NCBI GenBank assembly: GCA_016927565.1
Contig: JAFGMK010000006.1
Span: forward strand, 37,942 to 101,941
Length of the DNA: 64,000 nt
Direction: 5' to 3'
Source of the DNA: Minisyncoccota bacterium
GTDB lineage: Bacteria; Patescibacteriota; Microgenomatia; PFEM01; JAFGMK01
Of this stretch, positions 17,188-25,234 are shown piece by piece. Each line of letters starts with the position of its first letter. Within the stretch, counting starts at the first letter, position 1. A program made the position numbers and the translations under genes. The notes below the pieces were generated by a model. That model saw only the letters and a program-made list of their open reading frames with translations, was not told where the DNA came from and did not search any database.

Positions 17188-20100
17188 AGGCTGAATTTTT
17201 CTTTAATTATTGCAGCTGCTTTTTTGGCTCCTTCTAGACTTATTCGGGGTGATATCTCCGACATACGAGCAGCGTAGGTCGCTTGATCAGTAAGAGCTTG
17301 CTGAATCCCAGCATCAAGCCGGTCATTGTCTAGTCTGGAAAGAGGCAGGTTTTGGCCTAAGCCATGCTGTTCAACCAAAGCAGCATTATATTGCTGATCA
17401 GCGTTGGTAGTAATGGTAATAATCCCCCCCCTGCCCCTTTTCATAAAGGGATAAAGAGTACCGCTTCCACCCTGGCAGAGCAAGACATCGGCGTGGCTGG
17501 CGAGTTCAGGAAGATTGGCAAATTTTACGGGAACAAAGTTTTCCGGCAAATCAGCTGGTAATTCGGCATCGGCAGTAGTAACCATTATCATTGCCTCCGG
17601 TCTTTTTTGGGCAACTGCAAATAAGGCTTGATAAAGTTTGGGCTCTTTAATGCTCCCAAAACTACCAAAAATGATTTTTTTACCTTCTAATTTAGCCTGA
17701 GCAAGCTTAGCAACCGCTTCTTTGGTTGCCCCTTCGTCAACATACTGATTAATAATGGTTTCTGGCTGAATTGAACCGACGTAAGCCACCTCATTACCAT
17801 TGACCAGCTCTCGAAGCCGGGGGTCAAGATTAAAATCAGGGCCGACTCCCTGATTGACGAAAGCTTCATTATCGGCAATTATGGTCAGATCGGCAGCTTC
17901 CATATGTTGAAACCAGCTTGGATTATCGGTAGGCGGCTCGCCGATGTATTGTCTATGCGCTTCTTGATAAACCTGACGCAACTTAGGATCAAGCGGACGG
18001 TAGTACTTATCAGCCAATCTTTCTGCCTCAGGACCAAGTTTATGAATAAACGCCTCGGAGGTAAAACCAACATTGCTAAGATTGGTGATTGACACCGTGG
18101 GAACACCAGCCATTTTAGCAGCCATTAAAAGAGGGACATTATGATCTGAAAGAACAAATGGTGGCGGATTTTCTTCCAAGCGCTGGGCAATACGGACAAC
18201 ATTCCCGGCCATTTCTTTAACACTAAATTCTCCTTTGATTAAATGACCAGGATGGTAAAAATAATCATCAGATCTCTCAACTGTTACAGGCTTGCCTGGA
18301 GTTTCAAATCCCCGGCCAAGGTCAAAGACTTGCCGGCCACTTTCAGACCCACACATATTAGTTGGCACTCCGGCTCGGGCAAGTTCTAAAGCGACCTCAA
18401 GAGGTCGACCAGTATGAGCTGATACTCCAGGCAGATAACCCACCTCAACTGGCCTTGCCTGGCTTTTTTGTTCGCTAGCGATTGGGACTTCCGGATCTTC
18501 TTTTTCTTTTTTAGCCTGACTAAGCCTTTTCTCCTCGGCTCCCAACTCGTAGGCTGCATCAACTAAACTTGGCCAGACTTGATAGGTCCTAAGATAGCGC
18601 CGAACCCCCTTGCGGACTGACCGAATCTCTTTTGGCAAGGGCTGATTTTCGAGATCTTTCTCAACAGCTTCAATTGCTCCCTCAGGAAAGGCGTGAAGAA
18701 AACTTTCTAACTCATCAATAACCTGATCAGGCTCCGCAGAATCTATTTGCCTGGCAAATTCTACTTGTGCATCCAACAAACCTCTGAGTCTTTTTATTTC
18801 TTCAAGTTTTGCATGATTGGCCTCAAATGTTCGGATCGAAGCTTGGAGAGACTTGTCATCAGCAGGGGCAATTCCTAAAGCCTGCTTGGCTTCATTTTGA
18901 AGGCTAGGGCTACCATCAATAGCTTTAGAAATTTTGAATTGTTCCCTGGCGTAATTGTTGCTAAAAGCACCAACCATTTCGGCACCAAAAGCATCACCAC
19001 CACCCTGACGGGCAGCTCGCTGGTGCATTAGAGGCCTTTCTCGGCGGATAACCCGATTTGGATCAGCTGCGGTAGCTGCTTGAGCTCGAATAGCGCCGCT
19101 AAGATTATAGTCAAATATGCCCCCTAATGGAGTCGGGATTCCCTTAATCGCCTCACCTGAAAAAGTAATATTACCAAGATCAAGCTTACTGGCTTCTTGC
19201 CAATCTAAACCTTCTTTAAAATGGCGTTCCTCAGTCCACAGGGCGGCAATTGGCTGGCGGCGGACAGCCGCTTCAAGTATTTGAGGGAGCAATCGGTAGG
19301 CTTCGCTGGTTGACACCTGACGGAAGGCACCAGTTTCAGGATCAAAAATATTATAAGTACTAAAAGCGCCGCTATTTCTTTCAGTCATAATCTGAGTGGT
19401 TAGTTCCAGAGTATCCTTTACTAAAGAAATGGGGTTGCCGGTATGGCCAGTGTATCGGCCAATAGTGACTTGAGTTTCTGGATCTTCAAACCAGGCCGCT
19501 CTTTCAGCCAAGATATCGTGCTGATCTGTTCTTATAGTTCCTTCTTCGGTTCTAGTAAGAGTCCGATAGCGCTGATCGTCTTCATTAATGGTGATCGTTG
19601 TTTCCTTCAAGGGAACTCCTCGTTTACCAGCCTCATACGCCGCTGCTAAATAGCCAAAATTCTGAGTGCCGGCAATGCCTCCAAGCTCAGCTAAGGGATC
19701 AGCAAATTCAAAACTTTCTAAGTCCTCTCGAAGTGGCGCCTGAAGTCGGTCTTTTAATAAAGCCCGACTAAGCCAAAATTGATATCTTCTCTGTTTTTCG
19801 GTAAGGTCAGGATCTGCTTTTAGTTCTTGGGCAACTTTTTGGGCAAGTCTTTGAGCGAACCCAGTATTTTCCCTAACTCGGTAATAGCCGACTTGATATT
19901 TTTTAGCAACTTTGGCGATCTGTCTGGCAGCTTCATCATCCCAAGAATCATCAATAATAAAAACACCCACCTCACCTTGGTAAGCACTTTTTTGTCTAGA
20001 CTCAGCAAAATCTTCCAAAAATCGGTCAATTAATTCCGGGTTTTGTAAAGACTTGATACCAACCATTTGGAGCTTAGTCTCCCGAGGCTCTTCCTCCATT

Positions 20101-21290
20101 CGTTCTAAGTAACCTTCAATAAATGCTTTTACCCTGTCTGGTTCATGCATTTGAGGATCTGGCAGGGGCGGACTTTCGTACTTTTTCTTAAGAGCTTCGA
20201 CCTGATCTGGTCTGGCCGCCCACTTTTTTTTCCGAGGCTCGGTCCAATATTGGTCATACAAATACCATTCCTCAGCTCGTCTTTGCCAGGGAACTACTTC
20301 TTTGAGAAGGCGAATGCCCCTGGTTTCTTCACCAGCGACAAAGCCAACAAATTTATCAACGGCTGCTTTTACACCACCCGTTTTAATAGAATCATAATCA
20401 TCAGTCGCATCCTCAATCCCCCTAATGGCCACCTCATTTAGCAAAACAAGGCTTTGGGCTGAAAGACCCTTAATGGCAGTTTTTTCAGTAGGGTTTTTTC
20501 TGGTGATTACCGGGATATATTGACCTGAATCTTGATCTAAAACAATATCAGTGGCTGAGTTATAAACACCACTATATAAAGCTTCAACTAACTGGAGGCG
20601 GTTTTTGTAGACATTGAGGTGAAAATCGGGGTCACTACCTTCTTCAAGAATTCCGTGAGTATTTCTGGTTCCATTTGGCCACAGATCAACAAACTCCCCC
20701 TCTATCTCTGCTTCGGGATTAACATCATTTATCAGGCCAGTTAATCCCCGGTAGCTTAGGCCAACAGCGCTTTGACTATCCGCCAAAATTACTTTTTTAG
20801 CTTTGGCGACTCCCATTTGTCTTAAATAGCCTCGATAACGGTCATAAAAATCCGGGCCATGAGCAGTTCCCCTAACCAAGGGATTAAATTGGCCGTTGTA
20901 ATGGAGATATCTTGTTCTGCCGGGATCAATTTCTTGATATTCAGCTACTTTTTCCCTGAGTTTTTGGGCAGCAATATGAATCGGCAAACCATCTCTGGCC
21001 AAGGTCAAAGCAAGACTATCTGGTTCGTTTTTGAGCTTGGTTAATACTTTATCGGCTAAGAGGATATATACCGGAGCAACAACTTCCCTTGTCTGGGAGT
21101 AAACCTCTTTTGCCAAGGCGCGGAAGCGCTCCTCTTGTTCTGGTGGAACCTTCCTTTCTTTGACCAGGTGATCGAGATACTGACCAAGCCTATCCGAATC
21201 CTGCTCGTGTTCCTGGCCTGTTTCTTGGTCGGCAATTGGTTTGCTTGGCTGATCCTCGATTGGCTTAACCCCGTTAGCACCTTCTCCCAT
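17184..21290 (-). CDS. 1368-aa multidomain protein: unknown N-terminal ~880 aa with a possible GT-A-like segment, plus a C-terminal GT1-family (MGT/UGT-like, GT-B fold) glycosyltransferase domain
   Basis: The C-terminal ~480 aa has a GT1 N-lobe motif (YLPGVSAHTGRPLEVALELARAGVP) and a C-lobe nucleotide-sugar motif (HADVLLCQGGSGTLYPFMKRGRGGIITITTNADQQYNAALVEQHGLG). A mid-protein segment (VGVFIIDDSWDDEAARQIAKVAKKYQVGYYRVRENTGFA) weakly resembles a GT2 N-terminal region. The protein is rich in A/E/R/Q/G/P, unlike the neighbouring proteins. Confidence 0.65.
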   Translation of the reverse strand: MGEGANGVKPIEDQPSKPIADQETGQEHEQDSDRLGQYLDHLVKERKVPPEQEERFRALAKEVYSQTREVVAPVYILLADKVLTKLKNEPDSLALTLARDGLPIHIAAQKLREKVAEYQEIDPGRTRYLHYNGQFNPLVRGTAHGPDFYDRYRGYLRQMGVAKAKKVILADSQSAVGLSYRGLTGLINDVNPEAEIEGEFVDLWPNGTRNTHGILEEGSDPDFHLNVYKNRLQLVEALYSGVYNSATDIVLDQDSGQYIPVITRKNPTEKTAIKGLSAQSLVLLNEVAIRGIEDATDDYDSIKTGGVKAAVDKFVGFVAGEETRGIRLLKEVVPWQRRAEEWYLYDQYWTEPRKKKWAARPDQVEALKKKYESPPLPDPQMHEPDRVKAFIEGYLERMEEEPRETKLQMVGIKSLQNPELIDRFLEDFAESRQKSAYQGEVGVFIIDDSWDDEAARQIAKVAKKYQVGYYRVRENTGFAQRLAQKVAQELKADPDLTEKQRRYQFWLSRALLKDRLQAPLREDLESFEFADPLAELGGIAGTQNFGYLAAAYEAGKRGVPLKETTITINEDDQRYRTLTRTEEGTIRTDQHDILAERAAWFEDPETQVTIGRYTGHTGNPISLVKDTLELTTQIMTERNSGAFSTYNIFDPETGAFRQVSTSEAYRLLPQILEAAVRRQPIAALWTEERHFKEGLDWQEASKLDLGNITFSGEAIKGIPTPLGGIFDYNLSGAIRAQAATAADPNRVIRRERPLMHQRAARQGGGDAFGAEMVGAFSNNYAREQFKISKAIDGSPSLQNEAKQALGIAPADDKSLQASIRTFEANHAKLEEIKRLRGLLDAQVEFARQIDSAEPDQVIDELESFLHAFPEGAIEAVEKDLENQPLPKEIRSVRKGVRRYLRTYQVWPSLVDAAYELGAEEKRLSQAKKEKEDPEVPIASEQKSQARPVEVGYLPGVSAHTGRPLEVALELARAGVPTNMCGSESGRQVFDLGRGFETPGKPVTVERSDDYFYHPGHLIKGEFSVKEMAGNVVRIAQRLEENPPPFVLSDHNVPLLMAAKMAGVPTVSITNLSNVGFTSEAFIHKLGPEAERLADKYYRPLDPKLRQVYQEAHRQYIGEPPTDNPSWFQHMEAADLTIIADNEAFVNQGVGPDFNLDPRLRELVNGNEVAYVGSIQPETIINQYVDEGATKEAVAKLAQAKLEGKKIIFGSFGSIKEPKLYQALFAVAQKRPEAMIMVTTADAELPADLPENFVPVKFANLPELASHADVLLCQGGSGTLYPFMKRGRGGIITITTNADQQYNAALVEQHGLGQNLPLSRLDNDRLDAGIQQALTDQATYAARMSEISPRISLEGAKKAAAIIKEKFSL

Positions 21291-21364
21291 TATATAATGC
21301 TAGCTCATTAGCTGAAAAATTAAAATCCCTACTTTCTCGAACCCTATCATAAACACAAGCCCCG

Positions 21365-21544
21365 ATATTCCTTTTCAGGTTTTTTCCAAATCTCACTCTT
21401 TTGATTCTTAATCTTAGGAATCCTCTTTTAAACCTCAAAGTGGCAGGTTAAATTGTGATTCATAACCTCAACCAAAACCCCATCCAAACCAACGGTGGCG
21501 CCGGAAAAAACCTTTGAAAGCATTTGAGGTTATGATAGCAAAAG
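21365..21544. repeat. copy C of the comM 5'-end repeat (extended unit, near-identical to copy B)
   Basis: Core is 21465-21544. Left arm 21378-21464 matches 16090-16174. Confidence 0.8.
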
Positions 21545-21671
21545 AATGCTAAGGACACAAAGATCCTAAGACGTGAACTCAAATCAATCTAAGGGCGGAG
21601 AATCGCTAAAGGAAAGGAGTTGTGTTATTATGACGGGGTAAAGACTATTTTAAAACATTTGATTTTTTAAT

Positions 21672-22418
21672 ATGAACTCTAAACCCCAAAAGGAGGTTTC
21701 TAAGTCAGGAATACCAATTTTGCGCCATCAGCAAGCAGCTAAACCGCCTAAAAAAACTTCCTATCCTACCGAAGAATACCTCAAAGTTTTGGATAAACAC
21801 ATTAAAAAATATATTGGGGAGGCAAAAACTGTTTTTCATGAATTGATTTCGGAGTATGTCCACTTGGATGTTTACTTTATTGAGGCTAGTAAAAAAAGAA
21901 ATTTTCATACCCTAGTGACCGCAGGAATGAGCCTTTTGCCAATGAATGTTCCTCCCGGATTAGAAAGTCATCGCTTTGCCGAACTTTTAATTTGTCTACC
22001 GGCTAGCTGGCCTTTGAGTAAAGAAGCTTTTAAAAAAGAAGCTAATTACTGGCCGGTAAGACAACTTAAGATGTTGGCACGCCTGCCCCATGTTTACCGA
22101 ACCTTTCTTTACATTGGTCATACTGTGCCCAATGGTAACCCTCCCAAGCCTCTTGCTAATAATACCCGCTTTGATTGTCTGCTTTTACTCCCACCAATTC
22201 TTTTCCCCAAAGAATTCAGCTCTCTTAAAATCAACAAAGATAAAACAGTTCATTTTTACGCTCTAATCCCTCTCTACCCTGAAGAAACTGCCTTTAAACT
22301 AGACCAGGGAACGTCTAAGTTATTCCGGAAGTTGGACCAGGCCCGAGTTACCGAGTTGGTAGATATTAACAGACCCAGTTTGATTAGCAAAAAAAATAAC
22401 AAAGGGCAGGCAGCATAA
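21672..22418 (+). CDS. SUFU-like (suppressor-of-fused family) domain protein
   Basis: FHTLVTAGMSLLPMNVPPG, WPVRQLKMLARLPHVY, GHTVPNGNPPKPLANNTRFDCLLLLPP and FYALIPLYPEE match the conserved blocks of bacterial SUFU-family proteins. These are recalled from memory and were not searched. Confidence 0.5.
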   Translation: MNSKPQKEVSKSGIPILRHQQAAKPPKKTSYPTEEYLKVLDKHIKKYIGEAKTVFHELISEYVHLDVYFIEASKKRNFHTLVTAGMSLLPMNVPPGLESHRFAELLICLPASWPLSKEAFKKEANYWPVRQLKMLARLPHVYRTFLYIGHTVPNGNPPKPLANNTRFDCLLLLPPILFPKEFSSLKINKDKTVHFYALIPLYPEETAFKLDQGTSKLFRKLDQARVTELVDINRPSLISKKNNKGQAA

Positions 22419-22447
22419 ACTTAAAGAAAACCTTTTAAAGAGACAGC

Positions 22448-22525
22448 AACCTCAACCAAAACCCCATCCAAGCCAACGTGGCGTCGGAAAAAACTTTAGC
22501 CAGCATTTGAAATCATGACAGCAAA
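22448..22525. repeat. copy D of the comM 5'-end repeat (most diverged, 1-nt deletion)
   Basis: AACCTCAACCAAAACCCCATCCAAGCCAACGTGGCGTCGGAAAAAACTTTAGCCAGCAT...CATGACAGCAAAAA. Confidence 0.75.
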
Positions 22526-22596
22526 AAAAGAGAGGGAGAGTAAAATTCCTGAGATGTAAAGCTAAACTACCCTAAGGGTGTAAACTGATAAAAATA

Positions 22597-22636
22597 ACGA
22601 TCCCGGATCGTCTGCAGATTTCGATCCGGGATCGGG
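22597..22636. repeat. dispersed palindromic repeat, copy 1 (CGATCCCGGATCG-TCTGCAGATTT-CGATCCGGGATCG)
   Basis: Perfect 13-bp inverted arms around a palindromic PstI-like loop. The flanks (GATAAAGATAACG on the left, GCTCCGGA..GTCAAAGAA on the right) are shared with the other copies, so the full unit is ~75 bp. Confidence 0.8.
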
Positions 22637-22895
22637 GAAGCTCCGGATAGTCAAAGAACATGAGCAGTTACGTACTGGGTTGGCACCTGTCTCCGGAACG
22701 GCCAAGCCGGAATCGAACCTATCAATGGAAAATGTCAGTCAATTTTTCCTGGCTTTTGTTGCCGTGAATCGCCGCTGCCCTAAAACCACTTCTGACTAGG
22801 TTTATGGCAAGCTTATTTACCCCCCTCAATAGTGTATGGAAAATCTCGATCTTCTTCTTTTACCAACATGGAAAAAAATTTACGAAAACGGCCAG

Positions 22896-23336
22896 TTAAA
22901 TTATCCTTTTTTTAATCCTATGGCTAAAAAAATAGCCGGTCACCCCAACCGCCCCAGTTAAAAAACCCAAAGGGCAGACAATAGTTGAGGTTAGAAAAAA
23001 GGTAACATGAAGGGCTTCGGCGAAAAAATGAAGGATTTGGATTTTTTCAGTGATTATGGCTAAGGCATAAAGCAGATTGTGGAAAACGACGCCGGGGAAA
23101 AAAGCCGCCGCCGAAACCCCACTAAGAAGCAGGAATTTTTTTAGGCGATTTTTAAACTTTCTTCTTCTAATGACTATGATTAAGCCAAAACCCAAAAAGG
23201 AAAAAACCGCCAACGGCAGAAGAAACAAAAAAGTGCCTCGGAATAATTCTCTGATTGGTTCAAGAAAAAATTGCGCCACCCCAAAAATAAAACTCAAAAG
23301 CAACCACCAGAACAACCGCGGTATTTTTTGCTTCAT
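22896..23336 (-). CDS. small integral membrane protein (4 predicted TM helices)
   Basis: 146-aa hydrophobic ORF, 11 nt downstream of the 220-aa secreted-protein gene. Probably co-transcribed with it. Confidence 0.4.
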   Translation of the reverse strand: MKQKIPRLFWWLLLSFIFGVAQFFLEPIRELFRGTFLFLLPLAVFSFLGFGLIIVIRRRKFKNRLKKFLLLSGVSAAAFFPGVVFHNLLYALAIITEKIQILHFFAEALHVTFFLTSTIVCPLGFLTGAVGVTGYFFSHRIKKRII

Positions 23337-23347
23337 CTTAAAAAAGC

Positions 23348-24010
23348 TTAGCGAAACTGACCAAAGCCCGGGCCGACCGGCGTACGATATTGCAGGCCGT
23401 GACTACCGGCACAAGAATCATTCTCAACCTTTTGAATAACAGCAAATTCATCCCAGATTACCGGCCCAAGCTCCCGACGGTTTTTCTCATACCACATTCC
23501 ATTCTCTTTATAAGCGCCACTAGGCGCTGCTGCAATTTTGACAAAATAATTCCATTGGCAAGTCTCGCCGTCCTGTTCATACTCACCGGACTGATGGTTG
23601 GTCAACCAGGCACCGGATCCAACATAGCCGGCAAAACCATAATGACGGTCAAGCAAGCCATCACCATCACAATCTCTGTTTGAAAGCCAGGCGTCATTCC
23701 ACTTCATAGCCAGCCTGACGTCCTTATAAGGTTGACACCAGGCCGCATTCCGGTAGGAATCACAATAAAAACCATTGAATGAGCGGGCTTGGTAGTTATA
23801 ACCCCACCCGTCATAACCGGAAGTAATCGGATAACCGTCACTAGTCAAAAGATCCCCTTGTTGAATAGTTTTACAGGCAGTAAATTTTCCTAAAACCCTG
23901 GAAGGAACAGCCCGAGGCACAAGCGGCAGCAGGGCTACATTAAAAGCCAATACAATTCCGCCGACTACTAAAGCCACCGGCAAAACCGTATGTAAAATTT
24001 TATTTTCCAT
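23348..24010 (-). CDS. secreted or membrane-anchored Gly/Trp/Tyr/Asp/Cys-rich protein
   Basis: N-terminal TM/signal peptide (VLPVALVVGGIVLAFNVALLPLV). The mature part has about 8 Cys and DCDGDGLLD. Its GC-rich codon usage is atypical for the window. Confidence 0.45.
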   Translation of the reverse strand: MENKILHTVLPVALVVGGIVLAFNVALLPLVPRAVPSRVLGKFTACKTIQQGDLLTSDGYPITSGYDGWGYNYQARSFNGFYCDSYRNAAWCQPYKDVRLAMKWNDAWLSNRDCDGDGLLDRHYGFAGYVGSGAWLTNHQSGEYEQDGETCQWNYFVKIAAAPSGAYKENGMWYEKNRRELGPVIWDEFAVIQKVENDSCAGSHGLQYRTPVGPGFGQFR

Positions 24011-24160
24011 CCCCTTTCACCCCCTTTCTTTATCATTGCCTAATTCAAGGTAACAAACCTCAACGATGACTGTCAAGGCACACAATTAAACACCCATAAA
24101 AAAACCGCCTCTTAAAGCGGGCTTCCGAATTAATTCTTTTAGAAGCAAATTTTAAAAACT

Positions 24161-24244
24161 TTAAAGCAGCTCAAAGGCAACTGTTTTTTCCAAAGCCAGA
24201 TGCATTACCACCAAAGCCAAAAAAAAGAAAAGAGGAAATAAGAT
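24161..24244 (-). CDS. 27-aa hydrophobic peptide (MKKILFPLFFFLALVVMHLALGKNSCL)
   Basis: Strong SD GGAGGT 5 nt upstream of the ATG. Signal-peptide-like. Lies immediately upstream of the secreted-protein and membrane-protein genes. Very short, so it may not be a real gene. Confidence 0.25.
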   Translation of the reverse strand: MLFPLFFFLALVVMHLALEKTVAFELL

Positions 24245-24371
24245 TTTCTTCATCTTCGACCTCCAATTTTTGTTTTTTAAAGCTTTTCTTTTATACCACA
24301 ATCAACTGATTTTTAACAACTTCATTCTCCCGATCCCAACAAAAAAAAGGCCCTGATCCGAAAACAGTCTG

Positions 24372-24881
24372 CTAAACCCAACAGACTTTATCCTGATCGT
24401 ATTCTGCCTCCGTATGCTGAGGCGGATCCTGGGCCGGATAACCAATCGGAAAAATTCCCAAAATCCTTTTTGACGGAGGAATCGCCAAAATCCGGCGGAC
24501 AAATTCCTCCCGATCGGCTCCGGTTTGAGTTTTTCCCTGATAGACATTAGCCCAACAAGTAGCTAATCCCTGATTGGCAGTTTCAAGATAAATATGAGCC
24601 CCGGCAATTGAGGCGTCCACCAGCCAATACTTGCTCTGTCCGGGGTCAGCCAAAATCACAATTGCAATCGGAGCGCCGCCGATAAATTTTTGCCAGGGGC
24701 CACACTGGGACAACTTTGACAATTTAACTCGGCTCTTAACCACCACAAACTCAACCGGATGGAGACTGTTAGCCGAAGGGGCAACCATGGCAGCAGCCAA
24801 AATTGACCTTATTTGCCGATCATTTACCGGCTCAGAAGTGTATTGCCTGATGCTTCTTCTTTTTTTAAAAAGTTCGTTCAT
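24372..24881 (-). CDS. nitroreductase family protein
   Basis: MNELFKKRRSIRQYTSEPV...AAAMVAPSANSLHPVEFVVV is a nitroreductase fold signature. Start moved to the ATG at 24881 (GAAAGG SD). The ORF track extends it to 24959. Confidence 0.7.
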   Translation of the reverse strand: MNELFKKRRSIRQYTSEPVNDRQIRSILAAAMVAPSANSLHPVEFVVVKSRVKLSKLSQCGPWQKFIGGAPIAIVILADPGQSKYWLVDASIAGAHIYLETANQGLATCWANVYQGKTQTGADREEFVRRILAIPPSKRILGIFPIGYPAQDPPQHTEAEYDQDKVCWV

Positions 24882-25196
24882 AAAATTACCTTTCTTTTCC
24901 ATCCTATCAAAAAAGCCAAAGAACAGCCAGTCCCCAAGTCCTTCCCGGACTTGGGGCAAAAAGGAAATTTTCTGGCTATCATTTTATTTCCCCGGCGGCT
25001 TATTTTTCTTTTTATGGGCTATGCAAGTAGTACACACTTCTTTTCACCTCCTTTAAACTATTTTTCAATTTTTAACTAACTAAAGATAACAAAGGAAGTC
25101 TTCGAATTCTGTAAGCCAGCTAACATTATTATCAATCATCTTGGCTGTCTGAACTGCTCTTATTATCAAGACGAGCCTTCTCCTTTAGATATCTTC

Positions 25197-25227
25197 TTGA
25201 CAAGTGAACATTCGTTCACTAAAATAG
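25197..25227 (+). promoter_or_regulatory. promoter (TTGACA ... TAAAAT) with an embedded Cheo-type LexA operator TGAACATTCGTTCA at 25205-25218
   Basis: A GAAC-N4-GTTC dyad of the Gram-positive SOS-box type sits between the -35 and -10 hexamers, directly upstream of the lexA-like gene. Confidence 0.55.
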
Positions 25228-25234
25228 TTCTTTA

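Noticed and set aside
13465-22525. Considered whether the four comM-derived repeats could be a CRISPR array or an integron attC cassette array
   Set aside because: Spacing is kilobase-scale and irregular. The repeat is a genic 5' end rather than a short palindromic unit. Core-site motifs (GTTRRRY / RYYYAAC) do not fit. Genes between the repeats run in both orientations. No cas genes or intI are present.
22680-22725. tRNA gene call around the GGTTCGATTCC motif
   Set aside because: The flanking bases do not give complementary T-stem, acceptor, D or anticodon arms. It is noted only as a possible remnant.
24372-24959. Long form of the nitroreductase ORF (start at 24959) and ORF 24302-24547
   Set aside because: The N-terminal extension MPQVREGLGDW... 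has no counterpart in nitroreductases. An internal ATG at 24881 has an SD and gives the canonical N-terminus. ORF 24302-24547 is an out-of-frame overlap.
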